Positions 51,885-64,000 of a DNA stretch of 64,000 nucleotides are shown here, in pieces. The notes below the pieces were generated by a model. It did not search any database and had not been told where the DNA came from. It was given only the letters and a program-made list of their open reading frames with translations. The stretch is from an uncultured Thermoleophilia bacterium (GTDB lineage Bacteria; Actinomycetota; Thermoleophilia; UBA2241), in assembly GCA_963715985.1 (NCBI GenBank), contig CAVQSP010000013.1, positions 384,001 through 448,000 on the forward strand, written 5' to 3'. Made by a program: the position numbers and the translations under genes. Every line of letters starts with the position of its first letter. Positions within the stretch are counted from its first letter, which is position 1.

Positions 51885-53366
51885 GTGGCGCGCCCCGACC
51901 CGGCTTCGTTGCGCCTGGAGCGGCGCGTCGCCGGCTTCGTGGCGCACCACGGGGTCCTCAGGCCCGCGGAGCGGGTCCTCCTGCTGCTCTCCGGCGGCGC
52001 CGACTCCATGGCGCTGCTCGCCATGCTGCCCGCCGTGGACCGCCGCCTCGGGCTGGGGCTCCACGTGGCGGCGGCGCACGTGGACTACCGCACGCGCGGC
52101 GCCGAGTCTGACCGCGACCGGCTGATCGTGGAGCGCGCCTGCCGCGCCGCCGGCGTGCCGCTGGCGGTGCTGCGCCTGCCGCGACGACCGGGCGGCGGTG
52201 ACTTCCAGGCGCGGGCGCGCGAGATCCGCTACCGGCACGCCCGTGAGGTGGCGGAGCGGGACGGTCTCACCGCCATCGTCACGGCGCACAATCGCGACGA
52301 CCAGGCCGAGACCGTGCTCTACCGGCTGAGCAAGTACGCGTCGCCGCGCGGGCTCTCGGGCATGCGGCCGCGCGACGGCGACCTGGCGCGGCCGCTGCTG
52401 TGCCTCGGGGCGCGCGAGATCCGCGACACTTGTCGCGCCCTCGGTGTGGAGTACGGCGAGGACGCGACCAACACCTCGCCCGTGTACGCACGCAACCTGC
52501 TGCGCCTCGAGGTGATCCCGCGGCTCGAGGCGCTCAACCCGCGCCTGGCAGAGACGCTCGCGGCGGCGGCGCTGCAGGCGGCGGCGGAGGAAGACGTGCT
52601 TGCCGCCGCCGCCGCCGAGGCGCGTGCTCGCGTGACGCCGCCGCCCGGCGCCCGTGATGACCCGGGTCCGGGCGTGGGGCGCGGCGGCGCACCGGGCGCC
52701 TTGGACGTGGCCGCCCTGGCGGCCGAGCCCCCGGCGCTGCGCGCGCTCGTGCTCCACGAGCTCGTGCGGGAAGCCATGGGCGGCGAGGCGCTCGTGGAGC
52801 GCCGCGTGGTGGAGGCGCTCCTGCAGCTCGCTGGGGGCCCCGGCGGGGGCGGGAGGGTGAGCCTGGGACGGGGCCTGGAAGCGATCCGTGCCGGAGGCGT
52901 GCTGAGCGTGCGTCCCGCCGCCGGTCCTCACATCTGCGCGCCGGTGGGCGTGGAGGGCACGGAGCTCGCCGCGTACGCGGACCCCCGACGGCTCGTCTTC
53001 TGCGGCCGCGAGGCGACCGTGCGCCTCGAACCCGGCCCTGTCTTCGAGGGCCGGGCCGCCGCCGCCGGTGATGCCTTCGTCGGGCTCGCCGGGACGCCGC
53101 ACCGCGTCACCCTGCGGCACGCGCGGCGCGGCGAGCGCTTCGCCCCCCGCGGCCTCGGCGGCGAGACCACGGTGGCGCGTTTCCTGGCCGCCGCGCGCGT
53201 GCCTGCGGACCGGCGGCCCCTTGCAGTGGTGGTCGACGTGGACGGGGCTGCGGCCTGGGTCGGGTTCACCGGCGCAGACGGCCGCCGGCGCGGCAGGGTT
53301 GCGCAGGCCTTCGGCGTGGACGAAAGTAGTCGATGTACGGTGCACGTCACTCTGGAGGGAACGTGA
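51885..53366 (+). CDS. tilS: tRNA(Ile)-lysidine synthetase
   Basis: SGGADS, AH..DDQAET, RPLL, D.TN...RN.LR; upstream of hpt-ftsH. Confidence 0.95.
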   Translation: MARPDPASLRLERRVAGFVAHHGVLRPAERVLLLLSGGADSMALLAMLPAVDRRLGLGLHVAAAHVDYRTRGAESDRDRLIVERACRAAGVPLAVLRLPRRPGGGDFQARAREIRYRHAREVAERDGLTAIVTAHNRDDQAETVLYRLSKYASPRGLSGMRPRDGDLARPLLCLGAREIRDTCRALGVEYGEDATNTSPVYARNLLRLEVIPRLEALNPRLAETLAAAALQAAAEEDVLAAAAAEARARVTPPPGARDDPGPGVGRGGAPGALDVAALAAEPPALRALVLHELVREAMGGEALVERRVVEALLQLAGGPGGGGRVSLGRGLEAIRAGGVLSVRPAAGPHICAPVGVEGTELAAYADPRRLVFCGREATVRLEPGPVFEGRAAAAGDAFVGLAGTPHRVTLRHARRGERFAPRGLGGETTVARFLAAARVPADRRPLAVVVDVDGAAAWVGFTGADGRRRGRVAQAFGVDESSRCTVHVTLEGT

Positions 53367-53929
53367 GCGGTCCCATCGGCGAGGTCCTGGTCGGCAGCGA
53401 AGAGCTCGCCCGTCGTGTCGACGACCTCGGCGCGCAGATATCGCGGGACTACGCAGGCAAGGAGCTGCTGCTCGTCGGCGTGCTCAAGGGCGCCGTGTTC
53501 TTCATGGCGGACCTGGCGCGGCGCATCGAGGTGCCGGTGTCGCTGGACTTCATGGCCGTGTCGAGCTACGGCTCGTCCACGGACTCGTCCGGCGTGGTGC
53601 GCATCCTCAAGGACCTCGATCTCGAGATCGCCGACCGCCACGTGCTCATCATCGAGGACATCATCGACTCGGGCCTCACGCTGAGCTACCTGCTCAAGAA
53701 CCTGCGCAGCCGCCGGCCGGCGTCGCTGGAGGTGTGCGCGCTACTCACCAAGCCGTCGCGGCGCCGCATCGAGATCCCCTGCAAGTACATCGGCTTCGAG
53801 ATCGAGGACAAGTTCGTCGTCGGCTACGGTCTCGACCTCGCCGACCGCTTCCGCACCCTCGACTTCATCGGCGTGCTGACCCCGGAGGCGGCCGCCGGCA
53901 TCATGGACCAGGCGGGTTCTTTGCTGTAG
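53363..53929 (+). CDS. hpt: Hypoxanthine phosphoribosyltransferase
   Basis: GVLKGA, SSYG, IIEDIIDSGLTL, FVVGYGLD. Confidence 0.97.
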   Translation: MSGPIGEVLVGSEELARRVDDLGAQISRDYAGKELLLVGVLKGAVFFMADLARRIEVPVSLDFMAVSSYGSSTDSSGVVRILKDLDLEIADRHVLIIEDIIDSGLTLSYLLKNLRSRRPASLEVCALLTKPSRRRIEIPCKYIGFEIEDKFVVGYGLDLADRFRTLDFIGVLTPEAAAGIMDQAGSLL

Positions 53930-54021
53930 CCCAGGGGGTATGCTAGGGAGGCAGCGTGGCCTTGACGGGCCGCGTTGGCGTGTCCATCGATCGTCCTTTC
54001 GTCCTTCAGAGAAGGGTGTAC

Positions 54022-56208
<2,187 letters not shown>

Positions 56209-56234
56209 CGGCCTCCGGCCGGCCGGGGAGACAC

Positions 56235-56804
56235 GTGGACAGAGACAAGATCCAGCAGGGCGTACGTCTGATCCTGGAGGGCATCGGCGAGGATCTCGAC
56301 CGGCCCGGCCTGATCGGCACCCCTCGCCGTGTGGCCGACATGTACGAGGACATCTTCTCGGGCATCGCCGCGCCCGACCCCGCGATCCTGCTCACGGCCA
56401 TGGAGGGCGACAACCATCGCGAGATGGTGATCATCCGCGACATCGACTTCTACTCCGTCTGCGAGCACCACCTGCTGCCGTTCTCGGGCATGGCGCACGT
56501 GGCGTACATCCCCAGCAAGGAGGGCCACATCACGGGCCTCTCCAAGCTGGCCCGTGTGGTGCGCCAGGTGGCGGCGCGCCCGCAGCTGCAGGAGCGCATC
56601 ACGACCGAGGTCGCCGACGCCATCGTGCGGGCGCTGAACCCCGCCGGCGCTCTGGTGCTCATCCAGGCCGAGCACCTCTGCATGTCCATGCGTGGCGTAC
56701 GCACGCCGGGCACGCGCACCGTGACCAGTGCGGTGCGCGGCATCATCCAATCTCACGACGCCACCCGCGCCGAGGCGTTCGCGCTCATCAACGCCCCGCG
56801 CTGA
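56235..56804 (+). CDS. folE: GTP cyclohydrolase I
   Basis: TP.RVA, CEHHLLPF, GLSKLAR, QER, HLCM.MRG. Confidence 0.97.
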   Translation: MDRDKIQQGVRLILEGIGEDLDRPGLIGTPRRVADMYEDIFSGIAAPDPAILLTAMEGDNHREMVIIRDIDFYSVCEHHLLPFSGMAHVAYIPSKEGHITGLSKLARVVRQVAARPQLQERITTEVADAIVRALNPAGALVLIQAEHLCMSMRGVRTPGTRTVTSAVRGIIQSHDATRAEAFALINAPR

Positions 56805-56815
56805 GCCCCCAGCCG

Positions 56816-57655
56816 ATGACGGTGCTCCCCACCTGCGTGCTGGACCTGCCCTTCCCCTGCCTCATGGGCGTGCTCAACGTCACGCCCGACTCGTTTTCGG
56901 ACGGCGGCCGCTTCCTCGGCGCCGACGACGCGCTCGCCCAGGGGCTCACGCTGGTGCGCGAGGGCGCCGCCATCGTGGACATCGGCGGGGAGTCGACGCG
57001 GCCGGGCTCCGACCCGGTGAGCGCCGACGAGGAGGTCCGGCGCGTGGTGCCGGTGGTCGAGGCGCTGGCGGGCCGCGTGGGCGTGCCCATCTCCGTCGAC
57101 ACCATGAAGGCGGAGGTCGCGCGACGGGCGCTGGACGCCGGGGCGAGCTTCATCAATGACGTGAGCGCGTTGCGCTGGGACGACGAGATGGTGGACGTGG
57201 TCGCGCAGGCGGGCTGCCCCGTGTGCCTCATGCACATGAAGGGCGAACCCAAGACGATGCAGGACGACCCGCGGTACGGCGACGTGGTGGACGAGGTGCT
57301 CCGCTTCCTCGAGGAGCGCATGACGTTCGCCCTGGCGCGCGGTCTGCGCGAGGACCAGCTGATGGTGGATCCGGGCATCGGGTTCGGCAAGACCGTGGAA
57401 CACAATCTGGCGTTGCTGCGCCACCTGGACCGCTTCACGGCGCTAGGCCGGCCGCTCATCCTGGGCGCGTCGCGCAAGCGGTTCCTGGGCGCCATCCTCG
57501 GCGCCGAGCCCACGGCCCGCACGACGGGGACGGTCGCCACCACGGTCATCGGCCTGCTCGCCGGGGCGCACGTGTTCCGCGTCCACGACGTGCGGCCCAA
57601 CTTCGAGGCGCTTCGCGTCACGCTGGCCGTCCTGGAGGGCGCGCCGGCCGCGTGA
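56816..57655 (+). CDS. folP: Dihydropteroate synthase
   Basis: MGVLNVTPDSFSDGG, GGESTRPG, DPGIGFGK, SRK, RVHDV. Confidence 0.97.
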   Translation: MTVLPTCVLDLPFPCLMGVLNVTPDSFSDGGRFLGADDALAQGLTLVREGAAIVDIGGESTRPGSDPVSADEEVRRVVPVVEALAGRVGVPISVDTMKAEVARRALDAGASFINDVSALRWDDEMVDVVAQAGCPVCLMHMKGEPKTMQDDPRYGDVVDEVLRFLEERMTFALARGLREDQLMVDPGIGFGKTVEHNLALLRHLDRFTALGRPLILGASRKRFLGAILGAEPTARTTGTVATTVIGLLAGAHVFRVHDVRPNFEALRVTLAVLEGAPAA

Positions 57656-57699
57656 GCGCTCGCCGGCCGTGCGGCCGGCACGTCCCGGGAGGCCCCATC

Positions 57700-58065
57700 A
57701 TGGCGCACAAACTCACCATCTCCGTCGACGGCATCGAGCTCCGCGGCCGCTGCGGCGTCACGGCCGAGGAGAGGATGGTCGGGCAAACGCTCGCCGTCGA
57801 CCTGCGCCTGGAACCGGCGGAGTGCCGCGGCGGTCAGACCGACGAGCTCGAGGACACCGTCAACTACGGCCAGGTGGTACGGATCGTGCGCCAGATCGTG
57901 GAAGGCGGCGAGTTCAAGCTGCTGGAGCGTCTGGCCACGGTCATCAGCGACACGCTGTGGGACGAGTTCGAGCTCAGCTTCCTTGAGGTCGCGGTCGCCA
58001 AGATCGCGCCGCCCACCGTCATCCCGGTCTCGGCCGCGCGCGTCGAGGTCGTGCGCACGGCGTGA
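57700..58065 (+). CDS. folB: Dihydroneopterin aldolase
   Basis: GV..EER..GQ...VD, D.LEDTVNY, LLE.LA, K..PP. Confidence 0.92.
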   Translation: MAHKLTISVDGIELRGRCGVTAEERMVGQTLAVDLRLEPAECRGGQTDELEDTVNYGQVVRIVRQIVEGGEFKLLERLATVISDTLWDEFELSFLEVAVAKIAPPTVIPVSAARVEVVRTA

Positions 58066-58571
58066 GCGACGCGCCGGCCAGACGGGTCTTCGTCTCGCTC
58101 GGGTCCAACCTCGGCGACCGGGAGGTGACGCTGGCCGCGGCCCGCGAGGCCCTGGCGGCGCTTCCGGGGACGTCGGTGATCGCCGCCTCCGGGCTGTACC
58201 TCACGGCACCGCAGGATCTCGCAGGCCAGCCCGAGTTCCTCAACCAGGTCGTCTGCGTGGAGACGGCGCTGGAACCGCTCGACCTCCTCGCCGAGTGCCA
58301 GCGCATCGAGCGCGAGCACGGGCGCACCCGCGAGCTCAGGTTCGGGCCTCGCACACTCGATATCGATATACTCCTGTTCCAAGGTGTCGAATCCCAGGAT
58401 CCCGAGCTGACGCTGCCGCACCCGCGCTTGGCGCATCGTGCCTTCGTGCTCGTGCCTCTCTCCGAGATCTGGGACCGGGCCAAGGGCATGCCCGACCTCG
58501 ACATCACAGCCCTGGCGCAGGCCGCCGCACGTGAACAGGCCGTGCGTCCGTACCACGTCCCGGAGGCGTGA
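58062..58571 (+). CDS. folK: 2-amino-4-hydroxy-6-hydroxymethyldihydropteridine diphosphokinase
   Basis: LGSNLGDR, FLN.V, GPRTLDIDIL, PHP...R.FVL.PL. Confidence 0.96.
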   Translation: MSDAPARRVFVSLGSNLGDREVTLAAAREALAALPGTSVIAASGLYLTAPQDLAGQPEFLNQVVCVETALEPLDLLAECQRIEREHGRTRELRFGPRTLDIDILLFQGVESQDPELTLPHPRLAHRAFVLVPLSEIWDRAKGMPDLDITALAQAAAREQAVRPYHVPEA

Positions 58572-58652
58572 TCGGTGACGAGCGATGATGGTGCAGGCGC
58601 CCGTGGGAGCCGCGGCCGCGGCGTTGCCTCGGCGCGAGCCTGAGGGGCCCGC

Positions 58653-60293
58653 GTGGCGCGTCCCTACATCGCGAGCCGGTCGGCCGAGCCACTGAACCGG
58701 CGCACCTTCGACGTGCTGGTGCTGGGCGGGGGCATCGCCGGTCTCACCGCCGCCATCGGTGCCGCCCGTCGCTGGCGTGTGGGCCTGCTCACCAAGGCCA
58801 CCTTCGACGACACCACGACCTTCCTCGCCCAGGGGGGCATCGCCGCCGCCCTGGGCCCGTCGGATTCCCCCGAGCTCCACTTCCAGGACACCGTGAACGC
58901 CGGCGCCGGACTCTGCGACGAGGCGGCGGTACGCGTCCTCGTCAACGAGGGCCCCGACCGCGTGCGCGAGCTCATGGAGATCTGCCCGCGCTTCGACAAG
59001 GTCGAGGGGCAGATCGTGCTGGGCCGTGAAGGCGCCCACTCCGTGGCCCGGGTGGTGCACGCCGGCGGCGACGCCACCGGCAGCGAGGTCTCCAGCGCCC
59101 TCGCCGAGGCGGCCCGCGTGGGCAGCCGCGTCGAGCTCTACGAGAACGAGTTCGTCATCGACCTGCTCACCGTGGACGGCAAGTGCGTGGGCGCCCTCTC
59201 CCTCAACTTAGACGACGGCGGCCTTACCCTCAACGTGGCCATGGTGACCGTGCTGGCCACGGGCGGGGCAGGGCAGGTGTACGGCCGCACCACCAACCCG
59301 GCGGTGGCCACCGGCGACGGCATCGCCATGGCCTACCGCGCCGGGGCCGCCATCCGCGACCTCGAGTTCGTGCAGTTCCACCCCACGGGGCTCGCCGTCC
59401 CCGGGCAGGAGACGGTGCTCCTCATCACCGAGGCCCTCCGTGGCGAAGGCGCCTACCTGCGCAACGCCGCCGGAGAGCGCTTCATGAGCGCCATCGACCC
59501 GCGCGGCGAGCTGGCCTCCCGCGACGTCGTGGTGCGCGGCATGGTGGGGGAGATGCGCGCCGCCGGCAGCGATCACGTGTACCTCGACGCCACCCACCTC
59601 GACGCCGCCTGGCTGCAGGAGCGCTTCCCGCGCGTCACGGCGGGGCTCACGGCGCACGGGCTCGACCTCGCGACGCAGCTCATCCCGGTATCGCCGGTGT
59701 GCCACTACTTCGTCGGCGGGGTGATCACGGACGTGTGGGGGCGCACCACCGTGCCCGGCCTGTACGCGAGTGGCGAGGTGGCCAGCACTGGGGTGCACGG
59801 CGCCAACCGGCTGGCCAGCAACTCGCTCCTCGAGGGGCTGGTGTTCAGCGACCGCGTGGTGCGCGACCTCGACCGCTACATCGGGCACCTGGGCGAAGAC
59901 GTGCGGCGCCTCCGCTTCGACCTGCCGGAGGCGGCGGGCGGCGGAGACAGCGACGCCGCCGCCGCCCGCCGCCGCCTGACGGCGGTGATGTCGGAGAAGG
60001 TCGGCGTGGTGCGCAGCGCCGCCGAGCTCGAGGCGGCGCTCGCCGAGCTCGGCACGCTCACCTCCCAGCTGCAGTTCGACGCGCTCGCGGCGCCGCAGTA
60101 CGAAGTGTTCAACCTGCTCACGCTGGGCACGCAGATCGCCAAGTGTGCCCTGCTGCGCGAGGAGTCGCGCGGCGTGCACCTGCGCGAGGACTACCCCGAA
60201 GTGGACGACGCGGGCTGGCGCCGGCACATCACGCTCCGGTTGCCGCCGCACGAGCGCGAAGAGGGTGTGGTCGGCAAGGTGGAGCGCGTGTGA
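58653..60293 (+). CDS. nadB: L-aspartate oxidase
   Basis: AQGGIAA, EGAHS, GDATG, QFHPT, EALRGEG, HGANRLASNSLLE, ESRG.H. Confidence 0.95.
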   Translation: MARPYIASRSAEPLNRRTFDVLVLGGGIAGLTAAIGAARRWRVGLLTKATFDDTTTFLAQGGIAAALGPSDSPELHFQDTVNAGAGLCDEAAVRVLVNEGPDRVRELMEICPRFDKVEGQIVLGREGAHSVARVVHAGGDATGSEVSSALAEAARVGSRVELYENEFVIDLLTVDGKCVGALSLNLDDGGLTLNVAMVTVLATGGAGQVYGRTTNPAVATGDGIAMAYRAGAAIRDLEFVQFHPTGLAVPGQETVLLITEALRGEGAYLRNAAGERFMSAIDPRGELASRDVVVRGMVGEMRAAGSDHVYLDATHLDAAWLQERFPRVTAGLTAHGLDLATQLIPVSPVCHYFVGGVITDVWGRTTVPGLYASGEVASTGVHGANRLASNSLLEGLVFSDRVVRDLDRYIGHLGEDVRRLRFDLPEAAGGGDSDAAAARRRLTAVMSEKVGVVRSAAELEAALAELGTLTSQLQFDALAAPQYEVFNLLTLGTQIAKCALLREESRGVHLREDYPEVDDAGWRRHITLRLPPHEREEGVVGKVERV

Positions 60294-61129
60294 GCCGCGC
60301 CGCCTACGAGAGGGCGGCTCGCGAGGCCGCCGCGCGCGCCCTCGCCGAGGACCTGGCCGGGTACGGTGACCTCGCCGGCGCTGCGTTCCCGGGACCGGGC
60401 CGCGCGCTGGTCGTGGCGCGGGAGGCCGGCGTGCTCTCCGGGGCGGCCGCGTTCGCGGCTACGGCCGCGCTCGTCGACCCCGACCTCACCGTCGCCTTCC
60501 GCGTGGAGGACGGCGGCTCGTTCGCGGCCGGCGATGCGCTGGCCGAGATCGCCGGCCCGTTCGCCGGCATCCTCGCGGCGGAGCGCACGGGGCTCAACTT
60601 CCTCTGCCGTCTGAGCGGCGTGGCCACGCTGACGGCCCGGTACGTGGCCGAGACCGCAGGCACCTCCACGCGCATCGCCGCCACACGCAAGACCACGCCG
60701 GGTCTGCGCGCCCTGGAGAAGGAGGCGGTCGTACACGGCGGCGGCACGCCGCACCGCTTCGGCCTGTTCGACGGCGCCATGATCAAGGACAACCACATCG
60801 CCGCCGCCGGCGGCGTGACCGCCGCGGTCGCCGCCGTGCGCGCCTGCAGCGCCCACGTGCACAGCCTCGAGGTGGAGGTCGACACGCTCGACCAGCTGGA
60901 CGAGGCCATGGACGACGGTGTCGCCATCGTGCTGCTGGACAACATGGACACCGCCACTGTGCGCGAGGCGGTGGCGCGGGTCGCCGGGCGCGCCGTGGTC
61001 GAGGTCTCGGGCGGCGTGCGCCTGGGGCGCGTGCGCGAGCTTGCCGAGGCCGGCGTGGACATCATCTCGGTGGGCGCTCTCACCACTCACTCGCCCTGGC
61101 TCGATCTCGGCTTGGACGTGGAGGCCTGA
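60290..61129 (+). CDS. nadC: Quinolinate phosphoribosyltransferase
   Basis: ER..LNFL..LSG.AT, TRKTTPG, HRFGL.D..MIKDNH, EVEV, LDN, SGG. Confidence 0.96.
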   Translation: MSRAAYERAAREAAARALAEDLAGYGDLAGAAFPGPGRALVVAREAGVLSGAAAFAATAALVDPDLTVAFRVEDGGSFAAGDALAEIAGPFAGILAAERTGLNFLCRLSGVATLTARYVAETAGTSTRIAATRKTTPGLRALEKEAVVHGGGTPHRFGLFDGAMIKDNHIAAAGGVTAAVAAVRACSAHVHSLEVEVDTLDQLDEAMDDGVAIVLLDNMDTATVREAVARVAGRAVVEVSGGVRLGRVRELAEAGVDIISVGALTTHSPWLDLGLDVEA

Positions 61130-61131
61130 CG

Positions 61132-61905
61132 GTGCTTCTGGTCGTCGACGTGGGCAACACCCAGACTCACATCGGTCTGTCCGACGGCGGGGAGATCACC
61201 GGCGAGTGGCGCCTGGCCACCGTGCGGCACCGCACGGCCGACGAGATCGCCGGCCTGCTCCAAGGGTTCTTCTCGCTGATGGGCATGAGGGTGCGCGAGG
61301 CCGTAGATGAGGTCGGTGTCGCCTCCGTCGTCCCCCGGCTCACGCAGCAGTGGGTGGAGATGTGCCGGAAGCACCTCGGTGTGGAGGCGTTCGTCGTCGG
61401 GCCGGGGGCGCGCACGGGCATGCGCATCCTGATGAAGAACCCGGCCGAGGTGGGCGCCGACCGCATCGCCAACGCCGCGGCCGCCTTCGAGACCTACGGG
61501 GGGCCGTGCATCGTCGCCGACTACGGCACGGCCACGACGTTCGATGTCATCAACGCCGAGGGCGACTACATCGGCGGCGTCATCGCCCCCGGCATCGAGG
61601 TCTCGCTGGAGGCGCTCACCACGCGCGCCGCCAAGCTCATCAAGGTCGAGGTGGCCGAGCCGGAACACGCCATCGGCAAGTCCACCACCGAGGCGCTGCA
61701 GTCGGGCGCCGTATACGGGTTCGCCGGCGAGATCGAGGGCATCGTGCACGCCATCTGGAAGGAGCTCGGCGAGAATGTGCAGGTCATCGCCACCGGCGGG
61801 CTGGCCGAGCTCATCGCCCGGCACACCGACGTGATCTCGGCGGTGGACCAGCTGCTCACGCTGCGCGGCATCGAGCTCGTGATGCGCCGCCAGCAGCGCG
61901 CCTGA
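61132..61905 (+). CDS. coaX: Type III pantothenate kinase
   Basis: DVGNT, SVVP, GADR, D.GTATT, GG.I.PG, TGG. Confidence 0.96.
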   Translation: MLLVVDVGNTQTHIGLSDGGEITGEWRLATVRHRTADEIAGLLQGFFSLMGMRVREAVDEVGVASVVPRLTQQWVEMCRKHLGVEAFVVGPGARTGMRILMKNPAEVGADRIANAAAAFETYGGPCIVADYGTATTFDVINAEGDYIGGVIAPGIEVSLEALTTRAAKLIKVEVAEPEHAIGKSTTEALQSGAVYGFAGEIEGIVHAIWKELGENVQVIATGGLAELIARHTDVISAVDQLLTLRGIELVMRRQQRA

Positions 61906-61974
61906 GGCGGGCCGCGTGACGGCGCCGCCGGTGCCAGACGCCTCCGCCCCGAGTGCCGGGCCGCCTCCGCCCCT

Positions 61975-62991
61975 GTGCCGGACGCCCGCATCACCGCGCC
62001 TCGCCGCCCGGCCGACGACCGCCTCGCGGCTCCGCTCCGCATCGGCCGCCTCGAGGTGGACCGCCGCCTGTTCATGGCGCCCATGGCCGGCGTGACCACG
62101 CCGCCCTTCCGCGCCGCCGCGCGGCGCTGGGGCGCCGGCCTCGTGTACACGGAGATGATCTCCGCCTACGGCGTGCACTACGGCAACCGGCGCACGCTCG
62201 ACTACCTGGCCTGCCGCGACGAGGAGCACCCGGTGGGCTACCAGCTGTTCGGGGCCGAGCCGGACGTGCTCGCGGACGCGGCCGCCGTGTGCGTGCAGGC
62301 GGGCGCCGACCTGGTGGACCTCAACATGGCGTGCCCGGTGCGCAAGGTGGTGAAGACGGGCGCCGGCGCGGCCATGCTCGGCGACCCGCGGCGCGCGGAG
62401 GCGGCCGTGGCCGCGGTGGTGCGCGCCGCCGGTCCGGACGTGCCGGTCACGGTCAAGATCCGCTCGGGGCTGCGCGACGGCGACGAGGTGTGGCGCGAGG
62501 TGGTCCCGCGCCTCGTCGACGCCGGCGCGGCGGCCATCTGCGTCCACCCGCGCACGGCCGCCCAGCTCTATCGGGGACGCGCCGACCACGAGGTCACGCG
62601 GGCGCTGGCCGCGGAGGTGCCCGTCCCCGTGATCGCCTCCGGCGACGTGGACGGCCGCGCCGCGGCCCTCGCCCTGCTCGACGCCGGCGCCGCCGCCGTG
62701 ATGCTGGCGCGGTACGCGCTCGGGCAGCCCTGGCTCTTCGCCGAGATCCTGGACGGCGCGCCGCCGCCTGCGGCCGCGGCGCGCCTCGCGGAGCTGCGCG
62801 CTTTCGTCGCCGACGTGCTGGGCGAGATGGGCGCGCGCGGCGTCGGCCACCTGCGCCAGTTCTGGCCGCGCTTCCGGCGCAGCGGCACCATCGACAGGGA
62901 GCTGTCCGTCGCGCTCGATGCGAGCCGCCACGGGCGACGAGCTGCGCGGCCTTCTCGACCTGTGAGGCCGGCCTCCGCGGCGCCGTTGTGA
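61975..62991 (+). CDS. dusB: tRNA-dihydrouridine synthase (3' end uncertain, possible terminal frameshift)
   Basis: APMAGVT, YTEM, QLFG, DLNMACP, VTVKIRSG, H.RT, SGD. Confidence 0.9.
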   Translation: MPDARITAPRRPADDRLAAPLRIGRLEVDRRLFMAPMAGVTTPPFRAAARRWGAGLVYTEMISAYGVHYGNRRTLDYLACRDEEHPVGYQLFGAEPDVLADAAAVCVQAGADLVDLNMACPVRKVVKTGAGAAMLGDPRRAEAAVAAVVRAAGPDVPVTVKIRSGLRDGDEVWREVVPRLVDAGAAAICVHPRTAAQLYRGRADHEVTRALAAEVPVPVIASGDVDGRAAALALLDAGAAAVMLARYALGQPWLFAEILDGAPPPAAAARLAELRAFVADVLGEMGARGVGHLRQFWPRFRRSGTIDRELSVALDASRHGRRAARPSRPVRPASAAPL

Positions 62992-63089
62992 GCGTTTGCG
63001 CACGGTGAAGCCATGACCTATACTCTTCGACTTGTTCGGCGCGCGGTCTCTCTCCGGGGCCGCGTTGCCGTGTAGAAGAGGAGGCACCA

Positions 63090-63569
63090 GTGGTCGACCG
63101 CGAGATCATCCTCACCCCCGAGGGCTTCCAGCGCCTCAAAGAGGAGATCGAGTACCTTTCCAGCGTCAAGCGAGACGAGGTGGCGGAGCGCATCCGCGCG
63201 TCGCGCGACTTCGGCGATATCTCCGAGAACTCCGAGTACGACGACGCCAAGAACGAGCAGGCCATGCTCGAGGCGCGCATCTACGCCCTCGAGGAGCGGC
63301 TCCGCAGCGCCATCGTCATCGACTCCGACTCCATCACCACGGAGAAGGTCGGCGTGGGCACCAAGGTCACCCTGCAGGACATGAAGGCGGGGGACATCGT
63401 GCAGTACAGCATCGTGGGCTCCGCCGAGGCCGACCCGTCCGCGCACAAGCTCTCCAACGAGTCGCCCGTGGGCAGCGCCATCATGGGCCACAAGCCCGGC
63501 GACAAGATCACCGTGAGCGTCCCCCAGGGCTCCAAGAAGTTCAAGGTCCTGGCCATCGAGAAAGCCTAG
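63090..63569 (+). CDS. greA: Transcription elongation factor GreA
   Basis: LTPEG...L.EE, GDISENSEYDDAK.EQ, S.ESPVG. Confidence 0.97.
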   Translation: MVDREIILTPEGFQRLKEEIEYLSSVKRDEVAERIRASRDFGDISENSEYDDAKNEQAMLEARIYALEERLRSAIVIDSDSITTEKVGVGTKVTLQDMKAGDIVQYSIVGSAEADPSAHKLSNESPVGSAIMGHKPGDKITVSVPQGSKKFKVLAIEKA

Positions 63570-63580
63570 CCGTCTCCGCC

Positions 63581-64000
63581 GTGGACGAGCGGAGCGAGCA
63601 CGGCGACGTCTTCGCCGAGCGCCGCGCCAAGCTTGCGGCGTGGCGCGAGACGGGCGCCGCGTATCCCACCAGGTACCAGCCGCGCGACGAGATCGGGCCG
63701 CTGCACGACGCCTACGCGGCCCTTGAAGCGGGCCAGGACTCGGGCGACGTCCACCGCGTGGCCGGCCGCGTCATCGCCCGCCGCGTGCACGGCAAGCTCA
63801 CCTTCGTCGTGCTCAAGGACCTGAGCGGCGAGCTGCAGCTCTTCTGCCAGCTGGACGCCCTGGGTGAGGAGCGGTACACGGCGCTCGAGCACGTGGACCT
63901 CGGCGACTTCGTGGGCGCCGAGGGCACCGTGATGCGCACGCGCCGCGGCGAGCTCAGCCTGCGCATCACCTCCTGGGAGCTGCTCAGCAAGTCGCTGCGC
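63581..64000 (+). CDS. lysS: Lysyl-tRNA synthetase class II, 5' part (runs off the window)
   Basis: ERRAKL, VAGRV..RR.HGKLTF, DLSG.LQ, DLGDFVG.EG...RTRRGELS, LLSKSLR; follows greA. Confidence 0.93.
   Translation, partial: MDERSEHGDVFAERRAKLAAWRETGAAYPTRYQPRDEIGPLHDAYAALEAGQDSGDVHRVAGRVIARRVHGKLTFVVLKDLSGELQLFCQLDALGEERYTALEHVDLGDFVGAEGTVMRTRRGELSLRITSWELLSKSLR

Overview
High-GC, gene-dense bacterial DNA. It is most consistent with an anaerobic Actinomycetota genome (Thermoleophilia-like). This is inferred from gene order, many leaderless promoters and a C1:U72 initiator tRNA, not from a database search. Both ends are housekeeping. The left arm carries vapBC, a glmS ribozyme with glmS, acpS-nnr-CBS-alr-nucleotidyltransferase-mutM, an HPS-RraA fusion, panG/panC, UDG, tsaEB-rimI-tsaD, dtd and CIRCE-groESL. 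The right arm carries NlpC/P60, tRNA-fMet, tilS-hpt-ftsH-folEPBK-nadBC-coaX-dusB-greA-lysS. Between groEL and the NlpC/tRNA region (about 25.1-49.7 kb) lies an accessory block with two notable modules. (1) A cyclic-nucleotide signalling trio: two LipJ/Rv1900c-type hydrolase-cyclases whose hydrolase nucleophile Ser is missing, flanking a stand-alone tandem cNMP-binding protein. (2) An apparent anaerobic catabolic island. It combines a non-pyrrolysine MttB-superfamily methyltransferase and an AcsE-like methyl-THF methyltransferase with an Opp/Dpp-type ABC importer, four amide hydrolases, a PucR regulator, alanine dehydrogenase, an aldehyde dehydrogenase and an AOR. It suggests import, de-acylation and demethylation of an N-methylated and/or D-amino-acid substrate, and is the best candidate for an undescribed system. 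Many genes carry single-base frameshifts without sequence decay, which are most likely assembly errors.
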